A DNA stretch of 64,000 bases from IMG/VR virus record IMGVR_UViG_3300050821_003720, positions 952 through 64,951 of that record; one strand, given 5' to 3'. The stretch is from a virus. Below are positions 28,201 to 36,164 of this stretch, one piece after another. The translations under genes and the position numbers were made by a program. The notes beneath the pieces are model-generated. The model was not told the DNA's origin and made no database searches. It worked only from the letters and a program-made list of their open reading frames with translations. Every line of letters begins with the position of its first letter. The stretch's first letter is position 1.

Positions 28201-28665
28201 ATGATCAACGGATTCACAGGTCGATACGGTTTCTTATCGAATTTCTATGTCTATCCGATTCAATGGCGGGATAGAATTCTTAGATCGGCTGAGCACGCTT
28301 ACCAGTCGGAGAAAACAACCGACGAATTAGAACGGGAGACGATCTATCGTGCAGGGACTCCTGCCGATGCTAAACGATTAGGCGGAAAGAAACATCTTAA
28401 ACACTTAGCTCCCGATTGGGATAGTATTAAAGACGGCATTATGCTACAAGTTCTTCGGGCAAAATTTCAAGACTCTGAATTAAGAAAACTTTTTCTGGAA
28501 ACACGGAATGAAGAGTTAATCGAAACGAATTGGTGGGGTGATATTTATTGGGGAGTTTGCAACGGACGTGGTAAGAATAAACTAGGCTATATTTTAATGC
28601 AAGTTAGAGGCGAGATTCAACGAGAGAATCAAAGATTGTCCTTTGAATTATTAGGAGACTCATGA
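28201..28665 (+). CDS. NADAR (YbiA/DUF1768) domain protein
   Basis: GFLSNFY ... SAEHAYQSEK ... WD..K...M..VLRAKF ... WGDIYWGVCNGRGKNKLGYILMQVR follows the NADAR consensus closely. Confidence 0.85.
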   Translation: MINGFTGRYGFLSNFYVYPIQWRDRILRSAEHAYQSEKTTDELERETIYRAGTPADAKRLGGKKHLKHLAPDWDSIKDGIMLQVLRAKFQDSELRKLFLETRNEELIETNWWGDIYWGVCNGRGKNKLGYILMQVRGEIQRENQRLSFELLGDS

Positions 28666-28807
28666 ACTACATTTGCCTTAAATGTCGTGTTCGTCAGCCT
28701 GTCAAAGAGGATGCGCCTGCACCGAAATGTGAATGCGGGGAGCAAATGCAGCCGGATGTATTAAATGATCAGGAAGCCATTAAGAAAGGAATTTATCGGC
28801 GATGGTA
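28661..28807 (+). CDS. small zinc-ribbon protein (48 aa)
   Basis: CLKCRVRQ ... CECGEQ. ATGA overlap with NADAR and ATGGTAG overlap with the next ORF. Confidence 0.35.
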
Positions 28808-29080
28808 GAATTAAGCCATAAAAGGGACCCGTTATGGTCCGGAGTTAATGTTTGGGAAGTTGAGTATAAAGTGTATTATAACAAACATTGGGAAGTCCGA
28901 AAGAAACTTGTCATAGGTTTAAATTCTACATCAGGCTGTGAAATGGAAGCGTTCATGTCAGTGGCCGCTGTTTATGGTGGTAAGAAGATTAAAGCTTTGT
29001 CAGCAAGATTTCTCGGAACCGGTGTATTAGCTGGACACCCTTGGGAGCTTCAAAAGAAACATTGGCAGAATTTTAAATAA
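28802..29080 (+). CDS. hypothetical protein
   Basis: 92 aa ORF. Confidence 0.4.
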   Translation: MVELSHKRDPLWSGVNVWEVEYKVYYNKHWEVRKKLVIGLNSTSGCEMEAFMSVAAVYGGKKIKALSARFLGTGVLAGHPWELQKKHWQNFK

Positions 29081-29095
29081 AGTGATAAAGGATTT

Positions 29096-29362
29096 ATGAT
29101 GGTAGATGAAAGAAAAGATAGACAAGATTTAGAAGATTTTCTAAAAGAGTACCAAGTTGATTTTACTAAAAGAAGCGTATTCTCCTATGCATTAGAATTT
29201 TTAAAGACTGAGCGTGCTAATGCGAAACATTATCAGACACTTTTAAACCTGCAAAGTGCCACAAATAGCTTTAGTCAAGCGTGTGAATACTTAAAAAGTA
29301 CACAACGATGGCTAGATGAATCTACAGAGAAATTAAAGAAAATTTCAGAAAATAAAGCTTGA
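29096..29362 (+). CDS. hypothetical protein
   Basis: 88 aa ORF with SD AAAGGA. Confidence 0.4.
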   Translation: MMVDERKDRQDLEDFLKEYQVDFTKRSVFSYALEFLKTERANAKHYQTLLNLQSATNSFSQACEYLKSTQRWLDESTEKLKKISENKA

Positions 29363-29378
29363 CAATCTTCTGAAAGTT
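29350..29378 (+). promoter_or_regulatory. sigma70-like promoter of the repeated family (AAATAAAGC-TTGACA-17nt-TAGACT)
   Basis: TTGACA 29350-29355 and TAGACT 29373-29378. Followed by a 14-codon mini-ORF and the CAGCAGgttCTGCTG hairpin (29464-29478). Confidence 0.45.
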
Positions 29379-29500
29379 TGATAGACTTTAAAAGTGAGAA
29401 CAAATGACTGAACTTGAACGGCTGTATGCATTAGAAGCTTCTCTTTGAGAACCTAATCGACAGCAGGTTCTGCTGGAAATTAAAAGAATAGAGGAAGAAA

Positions 29501-29818
29501 ATGCCTGAATTAAGCAAGACAGCACGAGCAAGCATGGGTAAGCAGGTTAAGGAAGTCCACATTGAGACTACGGAAGAGGCGATCCAAGCCATCCGGAACA
29601 ATCGAGCCGCCGGATTGCATATTGGAGACATGAGCCGAGTCGATAAGCTTCTAGCTGCTTACGATGAAGCGATGCTAGAGCTTAAGGATATGGCCGAAGC
29701 CGGTATAGGGTTGGTAAAGGCTATTATTCCTGAGGCTATCGTATCGATGGCCTCGATTCCGGCTCAAGAAGAGGACCCTAATCACCTGTCTGATTTCGAG
29801 CTTGATCGGAGAGCTTAA
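29501..29818 (+). CDS. hypothetical protein
   Basis: 105 aa ORF with SD GAGGAAGAAA. Confidence 0.45.
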   Translation: MPELSKTARASMGKQVKEVHIETTEEAIQAIRNNRAAGLHIGDMSRVDKLLAAYDEAMLELKDMAEAGIGLVKAIIPEAIVSMASIPAQEEDPNHLSDFELDRRA

Positions 29819-29991
29819 TGAGGCTGAAGTTAAGAGAAAAGATCGGTTTAGGAATGATATTAGTTCCGTTTTCGTTCGCCGTGATTGCTGTTCTAATAAA
29901 AATGCTATTCAACGCAGACGGCAGATTTGTATTAGGAATGGTATCTTACGTAATTTTAATCTGTTACTTGCTGAGAAATTGAAAGGAAAAA

Positions 29992-30218
29992 TGAGCTACA
30001 TAAGCTTTACAGAAATTCCGAATCAGACTCGAAAGACCAAGCGTTGGAACATCAGCAATAGTCAAGATGGATCACAGCTTGGAATAATCGTGTTCAGCGG
30101 TGCGTGGCGTAAATATGTCGTACATTTTAATGACGCCGCTCAATTCGACGCTGGATGCTTGGATGAAATTTCGAACTTTTTGAAAGAGCAGACTGGCTTG
30201 TGGAGAAATAGTTTATGA
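29992..30218 (+). CDS. hypothetical protein (75 aa)
   Basis: Start chosen at MSYISF with SD GAAAGGAAAA; the track ORF starts upstream at 29802. Confidence 0.35.
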
Positions 30219-30424
30219 CAAGTTTCCGGTGTAAATTTTCTAAACGTGCTTTTAGATACAATCATCCGGAAAACGTAGGTTACTGGTATGCAGGCGTAAA
30301 TTTGGAAATTGTCGTCAAAGTATGGGAGTTGGAAGAAGCCATTTCAAACGGAAAAAAGGTCATCAAAGATTTAGGAATTCCTGCTGATCTTTTGACACTA
30401 GTTGAAGTAGAGGAAATAAAGTGA
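30215..30424 (+). CDS. hypothetical protein
   Basis: 69 aa coupled ORF. Confidence 0.35.
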   Translation: MTSFRCKFSKRAFRYNHPENVGYWYAGVNLEIVVKVWELEEAISNGKKVIKDLGIPADLLTLVEVEEIK

Positions 30425-30924
30425 GAATTAATCTGTTTGGCGGGCCGGGGAGTGGCAAGAGTACAACAGCGGCGTGGCTGTTCTCGGAATTGAAGCGTCG
30501 TCTTGTCAGTGTTGAACACGTCAACGAATACGTTAAGGCGTGGGCTTACGCTAAGCGACCAGTGGATCACTATGATCAGATTTATATTATGGCGAAGCAA
30601 ATGCAGTACGAGTATCGGTTTCTGAAGAATGGTATCAAGAACATCGTCACGGATTCTCCGGTTGATCTGAGCATCGTTTACTCGCCAGAACATTTGAAAC
30701 CGGCAATGCGTTTATTGAGTCAGACGTACAATCAAGATTTCGCTTACGAGAACATATTCATTCGACGGGGAGATAAGCCGTACGTTCAGGAAGGCCGGTA
30801 TCAGGACAAGGCCCGAGCCTTAGAAGTCGATCAGAAGATTCAGCAGGAGCTTGGAGCGATGATTTCATTTGACTTTGGCGATCCGGCTGTGTTAGACTAT
30901 GTTCTAGCGAGGGTCAAGCAATGA
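30421..30924 (+). CDS. P-loop NTPase, nucleoside/nucleotide (or polynucleotide) kinase-like
   Basis: Walker A NLFGGPGSGKSTTA. Walker B-like IVTDSP. Confidence 0.6.
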   Translation: MRINLFGGPGSGKSTTAAWLFSELKRRLVSVEHVNEYVKAWAYAKRPVDHYDQIYIMAKQMQYEYRFLKNGIKNIVTDSPVDLSIVYSPEHLKPAMRLLSQTYNQDFAYENIFIRRGDKPYVQEGRYQDKARALEVDQKIQQELGAMISFDFGDPAVLDYVLARVKQ

Positions 30925-31130
30925 AGTGGACGACACCTGTACTTCCAGAAGAGGGCGATACACGCCGTCGTAAAAAGTTTGCATGGTTTCCAATTCAGTG
31001 TGACGATGGAACTACTCGTTGGTTGGAAACAATTACCATAGAAGAACGTTGGTTTCAAAGCTTTACCGATAAAAACTGTCATTACTGGAGTACACAGAAT
31101 AGAAAGTTTATCTCCAAGGATTCAAAATGA
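30921..31130 (+). CDS. hypothetical protein
   Basis: 69 aa coupled ORF. Confidence 0.35.
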   Translation: MKWTTPVLPEEGDTRRRKKFAWFPIQCDDGTTRWLETITIEERWFQSFTDKNCHYWSTQNRKFISKDSK

Positions 31131-31372
31131 GTTTGGAAAAACTGATAGCTCAGGCGACATGCGAAGGTTGCAAAAACAACTGGCCGAAAGCTAAGCGTGG
31201 TGGTCATTTGTTTTGGTGCGGAACGCCCGGATGCCAGCCGAGTACTAATTCTGGACATGTTCGATCCTGTGACTCTCAGGCCGATAACAAGGATTTGATC
31301 AAAGCACTCAAGGCATACATTAAGGAAAGAGTTAAACGAGCAACGAGAAAGCACATTGCGGTGAGCAAATGA
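31127..31372 (+). CDS. hypothetical Cys-rich (zinc-finger-like) protein
   Basis: CEGCKNNW ... WCGTPGC ... C. Confidence 0.35.
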   Translation: MSLEKLIAQATCEGCKNNWPKAKRGGHLFWCGTPGCQPSTNSGHVRSCDSQADNKDLIKALKAYIKERVKRATRKHIAVSK

Positions 31373-32097
31373 AAACTTGGTTGATCAGCGACACACATTT
31401 TAATCACGATAAGATCGCCACTTACTGCCGTCGTCCGGACAACTTCACAGAGTTGATCATTCGGAACTGGCAAAATAAGGTTCAGGCTGATGATATGGTC
31501 ATCCACGTTGGCGACGTATTCATCGGCAAGCCTGATGGCTGGCGTCAGATTTATCCACTGTTGCCCGGTCGAAAGGTGCTTGTACGTGGTAATCATGATA
31601 AGCATCCGTCTTTGTGGTGGATGGAGAATGGCTTTGATATCGCCGTAGATGCGATGATCTTCCGTCACACATGGATCACGCATCGACCGGCACAATCATT
31701 GCCGAAACATACTTATTTGAACATTCACGGTCACTTGCACAATATCTGGCACGGTTTTCACAAAGACGAGCCGGATACTCGGGTGATCAACAATCAGGGA
31801 AAACTTCACAATCGTTGGCAGCGTTTGTTTGCTGTCGAGTACACTGACTATGGTCCAGTTGAATTTGAGCAGTTTTTGGCTCATCCGGATAAGTATCAGG
31901 CTCGTGGTCCTGCAGCTGAAGCCGAAGCGGACTACGAAGCGCAAGTTTATCAAGACGAGAAAGAAGCAAAACGTAGAGATAGACTTGCAAGTCATATCTG
32001 TAAATCTGATAAGTGCCGTTGCCCAAAAGCAGAGGCGAATAGAACTCCTGAAGCGATTGCTGAGAACTATTCGCCTTCTCCTATGGAGTGGGACTAG
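31369..32097 (+). CDS. calcineurin-like metallophosphoesterase
   Basis: ISDTHFNH, VIHVGDVF and VRGNHD motifs. C-terminal CKSDKCRCP. Confidence 0.75.
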   Translation: MKTWLISDTHFNHDKIATYCRRPDNFTELIIRNWQNKVQADDMVIHVGDVFIGKPDGWRQIYPLLPGRKVLVRGNHDKHPSLWWMENGFDIAVDAMIFRHTWITHRPAQSLPKHTYLNIHGHLHNIWHGFHKDEPDTRVINNQGKLHNRWQRLFAVEYTDYGPVEFEQFLAHPDKYQARGPAAEAEADYEAQVYQDEKEAKRRDRLASHICKSDKCRCPKAEANRTPEAIAENYSPSPMEWD

Positions 32098-32525
32098 TGA
32101 GAAAATATACTAGTATTTTCGCTACTCCGGAGCATAAATTAATTACCTCTATTAAAGATATGAGAGGTAAGTGGAACTATGATACGATGGGGTTCTTTTT
32201 GAACGGAGTGACTATTGGGCACGGTTCGTTAAATTTAATAAGCAAAAGACATAAAATTTTCGAAACTAGTTCCACAGAAATTTTCAAAAAGTTTAGAAAT
32301 AAAGGACACGGAATTCATCTTTACATAGCTCTGATTGAAACAGCCAGGAGCATCGGAGCTACGCAAATTCAGTCCGATAATACGTTGAATAAATTTTCTC
32401 GACGTATGTGGCAGGAGAAGTTAGCAAGAATTTACACTGTTAAAATAAGAAAAACTAGACGACCGTGCAATAGCTGCGACCGGGATGGATTAAGACGAAA
32501 ATATTTTTACATAGACCTAACATGA
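32088..32525 (+). CDS. GNAT-fold acetyltransferase-like protein
   Basis: FRNKGHGIHLYIALIETARSIGATQIQ resembles a GNAT motif A region. GTG start. Confidence 0.45.
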   Translation: MGLVRKYTSIFATPEHKLITSIKDMRGKWNYDTMGFFLNGVTIGHGSLNLISKRHKIFETSSTEIFKKFRNKGHGIHLYIALIETARSIGATQIQSDNTLNKFSRRMWQEKLARIYTVKIRKTRRPCNSCDRDGLRRKYFYIDLT

Positions 32526-32645
32526 ATTGGGATACGTTAACTGTTCCACAATGGGCTGTCGTGTTTGGTGTTCTTCTGATCGTTGTAGTCTTGATTGCAG
32601 CTGATTTAATAAATGACGAGCCGTGGGGAGGATTTAAGCTATGAA
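32523..32645 (+). CDS. small membrane peptide (40 aa)
   Basis: MNWDTLTVPQWAVVFGVLLIVVVLIAADLI hydrophobic helix. Below the ORF track cut-off. Confidence 0.3.
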
Positions 32646-32886
32646 AGGCATTACAACGTTGCAATATTTTGACAAGCATAAGCGGGATGAAGTTTACGAC
32701 CGGCTACGAAAATCAGAAGAGCCTAATGAGCGTCAAGTCGTCCGTTATTCGGACCCGGTGCCCGTGATGGTAAATGATGAAGAGTTTCGGTTGGATACTT
32801 CAAATAGAGTCGTCTATCGGACTGCTTATTATCTTGCTTATCCGCAGGAATGCACCTGGAAACGTTTGAAAGAAAAGAATGCATAA
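32641..32886 (+). CDS. hypothetical protein
   Basis: 81 aa ORF. Confidence 0.35.
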   Translation: MKGITTLQYFDKHKRDEVYDRLRKSEEPNERQVVRYSDPVPVMVNDEEFRLDTSNRVVYRTAYYLAYPQECTWKRLKEKNA

Positions 32887-33027
32887 GCCGCTCCTAGATC
32901 ATGCAAGATTTGATCGCTGGAAAGATATACTAGATCGGTTCGAAGCCGGAGAACTAATCGATACGACAGCCGCTAAAATGCTCATGGATTTAAGAGACAA
33001 AGAACGTAAAGAGTTTGAGGAATCATT

Positions 33028-33273
33028 ATGCCGGGAAAAATCATCCTGACGGATTGTCCTAAGCCTAAAAGTATAATAGCGCACGTTAGAGGCGTCGAGA
33101 CGGAAAAGCTTCAACAGATTAATCAGGATATGTTTCATTTTATGATGTGTAGTCACACGGAATCAGCCGGTGGATATTCAATCACGTATTATGCCGATGA
33201 AGTCGCCGCAGAATTAAAATTTAGAAAAGCCAAATTGCATCCAGCACATGGGAGTTGCAATGGAATCGACTGA
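33028..33273 (+). CDS. hypothetical protein
   Basis: 81 aa ORF. Confidence 0.35.
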   Translation: MPGKIILTDCPKPKSIIAHVRGVETEKLQQINQDMFHFMMCSHTESAGGYSITYYADEVAAELKFRKAKLHPAHGSCNGID

Positions 33274-33586
33274 GAAAACAAACGTCCCGTGGTCTGATGA
33301 GTTCAAAGAAGCTCTGATTAAGAAAGCTGCTGAAATAGAGGCGCAACAAAAGCAGGACAGAATAACTGAACAGGGAAATTATCGCTTCAGTTATACGCCC
33401 TATTCTAATTCAAGTCGTCAAGTTTATTCAAATGGTTTCGGTGGTATTGGCTACGATCCTCCTGAGCCGAAACCAGAGCCAATTTTACCTAGAAAGATTA
33501 GTTTCTGTCAGCGTGTTTTGAAACAACACAGCGATTTTTGGAAGAAATTTTTAAATGCACTTAAATTGCGAATCAAAGAGGGTTAA
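33248..33586 (+). CDS. hypothetical protein
   Basis: 112 aa ORF. Confidence 0.35.
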   Translation: MGVAMESTEKTNVPWSDEFKEALIKKAAEIEAQQKQDRITEQGNYRFSYTPYSNSSRQVYSNGFGGIGYDPPEPKPEPILPRKISFCQRVLKQHSDFWKKFLNALKLRIKEG

Positions 33587-33855
33587 TGTTTAGTCGAGAT
33601 GATCTTGTAATACCAGTCAGCGGTTGGGTACCTAATATCGAGCCGGGTAAGAAATGCCAACATGGAGTTTATCTGCCGTCTACTCAAGAGCAGCAATTGT
33701 TTGCAGATAATTGTCAAGTTTGTACTGGTTTGATAGTATATTTAACCAGGACGGGAAAGACGTTGGAAGAGGCAAATGCAAGGGTCAAATTTTTGTGGAA
33801 TCGTTTAGATAAGAAGGAGAAAGAAGATGGCAGACAGCAAGATATCGATAGCTAA
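33586..33855 (+). CDS. hypothetical protein
   Basis: 89 aa ORF. Confidence 0.35.
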   Translation: MFSRDDLVIPVSGWVPNIEPGKKCQHGVYLPSTQEQQLFADNCQVCTGLIVYLTRTGKTLEEANARVKFLWNRLDKKEKEDGRQQDIDS

Positions 33856-34294
33856 GACTCTTATTAATGAGGGTGGGTATGTCGATAACAAAAACGACTC
33901 TGGTGGTCCTACAAAGTACGGTATCACACAGAAGGATATGCCCGGAGTAAATATTCAGGATATCACTCCAGAACAAGCTACTGAATATTACGCAGAGCAC
34001 TATTGGAAAGCGTTGTACAGTCAAATCGACAGTCAAGTTGTAGCTGATAAACTATTCGACATGGGCGTTTTGTTCGGCGTAGGTGAGGCCGTCAAGCTGC
34101 TTCAGATTCTCCTAGGCGTCCAGGTGGACTGCGACTTCGGTCCCCATACCCTAGCCTGCTTGAATCAAATTGATCCTGCAAATTTGTTGACAACGTACAA
34201 GACGGCTCTAGTTACATATGCTATCGGTATCGCTAACGATAAGCCACAGGATCGAGAATTTCTGAATGGGTGGATACGTCGAGTGAATAGTTAA
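33827..34294 (+). CDS. GH108-family lysozyme-like domain + PG_binding_3 peptidoglycan-binding domain protein
   Basis: LINEGGYVDNKNDSGGPTKYGITQ (GH108 N-terminal pattern) followed by HYWKALY ... VDCDFGPHTLACL (PG_binding_3 pattern). Confidence 0.8.
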   Translation: MADSKISIAKTLINEGGYVDNKNDSGGPTKYGITQKDMPGVNIQDITPEQATEYYAEHYWKALYSQIDSQVVADKLFDMGVLFGVGEAVKLLQILLGVQVDCDFGPHTLACLNQIDPANLLTTYKTALVTYAIGIANDKPQDREFLNGWIRRVNS

Positions 34295-34588
34295 ATGATC
34301 TATGATTTTGAATTTAAAAAGTTGACTCCGAAGGATCGAGAAATACTCCGAGTAAATTCCCGTCTGATAGATCAACTATTAGAGCGTTGTCCTGGTGAAT
34401 GCGGCAATCCAGATTGCAAATACCCATTGCCGTCAGTAGATAATTATCGCACTGTGGAATTCGGTGAAGTTTGTGAACTGTGCTATTATATGTATAAAAT
34501 TTTATATGAAAAAGCATACTTTCTAAAACTACACCGAGAGTGGAAACGAGATCATCCAGATAAAAACGGGAACACAGAAATATATTAA
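34295..34588 (+). CDS. hypothetical Cys-containing protein
   Basis: CPGECGNPDCKYP ... CELC. Confidence 0.4.
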   Translation: MIYDFEFKKLTPKDREILRVNSRLIDQLLERCPGECGNPDCKYPLPSVDNYRTVEFGEVCELCYYMYKILYEKAYFLKLHREWKRDHPDKNGNTEIY

Positions 34589-34595
34589 ATAAAGC

Positions 34596-34624
34596 TTGAC
34601 AAACCCGACAGGGTTTGATAATCT
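34596..34624 (+). promoter_or_regulatory. sigma70-like promoter of the repeated family with a palindromic spacer (AAATAAAGC-TTGACA-AACCCGACAGGGTTTGA-TAATCT)
   Basis: TTGACA 34596-34601. Perfect 16 bp palindrome AAACCCGACAGGGTTT at 34601-34616. TAATCT at 34619-34624. SD AGAGGA and ATG 34641 downstream. Confidence 0.5.
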
Positions 34625-34640
34625 AACAATAGAGGACAAC

Positions 34641-34859
34641 ATGGAAAAAGAAACAAAAGAGCAGCGATTCACCCGGCTAGCCACGGCCCGAGTTCAAAAG
34701 GCGCTCAAGGCAATCCGAGTTGTCGGTAAGTTGGCGAGTCAGAACACAAATCCGGAGTACGCTACTAAAATCGTCAGTGCGTTGGTAGCGGCTGTGGATG
34801 TTGTCGAGGCTCAGTTCCAGCCCAAGACAAACGAGGACGCAGGGGGATTCGCACTCTAA
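34641..34859 (+). CDS. hypothetical protein (72 aa)
   Basis: Start moved to ATG 34641 (SD AGAGGA). The track ORF start at 34596 lies inside the promoter. Confidence 0.45.
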   Translation: MEKETKEQRFTRLATARVQKALKAIRVVGKLASQNTNPEYATKIVSALVAAVDVVEAQFQPKTNEDAGGFAL

Positions 34860-34861
34860 AC

Positions 34862-34920
34862 CGGACCGGGAAAGTGAAGGTGTGCGGCAGAACCGCCACT
34901 TTCGGCGAGTACCGGTCTAA
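34862..34920 (+). promoter_or_regulatory. structured intergenic RNA element (nested hairpins)
   Basis: GACCGG/CCGGTC and GAAAGTG/CACTTTC arms enclose a GCGGcagaacCGCC hairpin. There is no U-tract. It sits between ORFs 34641..34859 and 34936..35145. Confidence 0.3.
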
Positions 34921-34935
34921 CTTTAAGGAGATACG

Positions 34936-35145
34936 ATGAAATACGAAGAAGGTGAACAGGTAATTATTCACAGTCTAGGTCCTTCGTATCCCAACAAGGA
35001 ATATCGTGCGATTATACGAGGAATTTCCGTAGACGGACCAGCACGAATTTATATCGTGGAGATGGTTGACAAGATCGATATTTTGAACTATATTTATAGT
35101 CACTGCACGATGCCGGAAGCGTGCATTAGAAAAGGATGGAGATAA
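34936..35145 (+). CDS. hypothetical protein
   Basis: SD AAGGAG; 69 aa. Confidence 0.45.
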   Translation: MKYEEGEQVIIHSLGPSYPNKEYRAIIRGISVDGPARIYIVEMVDKIDILNYIYSHCTMPEACIRKGWR

Positions 35146-35511
35146 ATGTGCCTAGAAGAAGTTAGTCCAAAGAAACCTGCACCAAGTGGTTATGGTTATA
35201 AAGTCTATCGTATTTATAATGGCGTTTTGTACTCTGCGTACATGGATACGCTGAATCCTGGGAATCAATGGCTCAAAGCAGAGGGTAACGGTCCCGATAA
35301 AGGATTTCACATCTATGCTACACGAGAAAAAGCCTACCAATGTGTTCGTTGGTATGATGAAGTTTTATGCAAAAGAGAGTTACCAGAAAAACGCTCAATT
35401 TATAAAGTTTTCAAAGTTAGATATCGCAAGGCTACAAAACAAGGAATTGGAGACGGAGGATTCACTAAGAATGCCCGAGTGATCCTGGCGCAAGAAATAT
35501 ACATTCTATAA
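35146..35511 (+). CDS. hypothetical protein
   Basis: 121 aa ORF. Confidence 0.4.
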   Translation: MCLEEVSPKKPAPSGYGYKVYRIYNGVLYSAYMDTLNPGNQWLKAEGNGPDKGFHIYATREKAYQCVRWYDEVLCKRELPEKRSIYKVFKVRYRKATKQGIGDGGFTKNARVILAQEIYIL

Positions 35512-35522
35512 ACTGAGGAAAC

Positions 35523-36164
35523 ATGAAAACTATCCTACTGACAATAATCATGTTGTTCGGAGCTTCCCTGCTGGCGCAAACACCGCCGCTCCCCGATTTC
35601 TACGGTGTGCCTCATTTGCAAGAGGCGCTGCAAAATGCCGAAGCACGGTATCAAGCTGGTGGTCCAGGCGTGACTGAAGAAGAAATCGTCACCTTTCATA
35701 ACCACTTGGTTGAGATACTCGGTATGCCGGAGTATGCTAAGCTAAGCCAAGAGCAATTGCGAACCAGCCGTATGTATCTTTCACCTATGAAGGTGTTCGG
35801 TGATCTAACACCAAAGTCTGGAGAAAATCCCAATGAAGTTACGCATATCCTCTCCCCGATGGCGGCAGCGTATCTGGAAGATCACATGATTCTTCAGAAA
35901 CGTTTTAACCCTGGCTATCAAATGGCTCCTGGTGAGTGGACTACACAAAAGCTATGGGAGCACCGTCAATTGGCACATACTGATCAAATTGAAGGCAAAG
36001 ATAGTGGTGTCAGCCGTACAAGTGAAATTCATAAGATTTTGCGAGCCAAAAAAGGATTGACCAATATCGAGGCGGCTAAATTGCTATACTATTTGACCGA
36101 AACATTCAAACTATCAGACACAGATGCGGCTAAAATCGCAGTAGCTGCCCTGGAGGGACAATGA
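35523..36164 (+). CDS. secreted protein (N-terminal signal peptide)
   Basis: MKTILLTIIMLFGASLLAQTPP signal-peptide-like N-terminus. SD GAGGAAA. Confidence 0.5.
   Translation: MKTILLTIIMLFGASLLAQTPPLPDFYGVPHLQEALQNAEARYQAGGPGVTEEEIVTFHNHLVEILGMPEYAKLSQEQLRTSRMYLSPMKVFGDLTPKSGENPNEVTHILSPMAAAYLEDHMILQKRFNPGYQMAPGEWTTQKLWEHRQLAHTDQIEGKDSGVSRTSEIHKILRAKKGLTNIEAAKLLYYLTETFKLSDTDAAKIAVAALEGQ

Noticed and set aside
34596-34640. Track ORF start at 34596 for the 34641..34859 gene
   Set aside because: Codons 1-15 coincide exactly with the TTGACA / palindrome / TAATCT promoter, and a proper SD plus ATG lies at 34641. The longer ORF is an artefact of the open frame.
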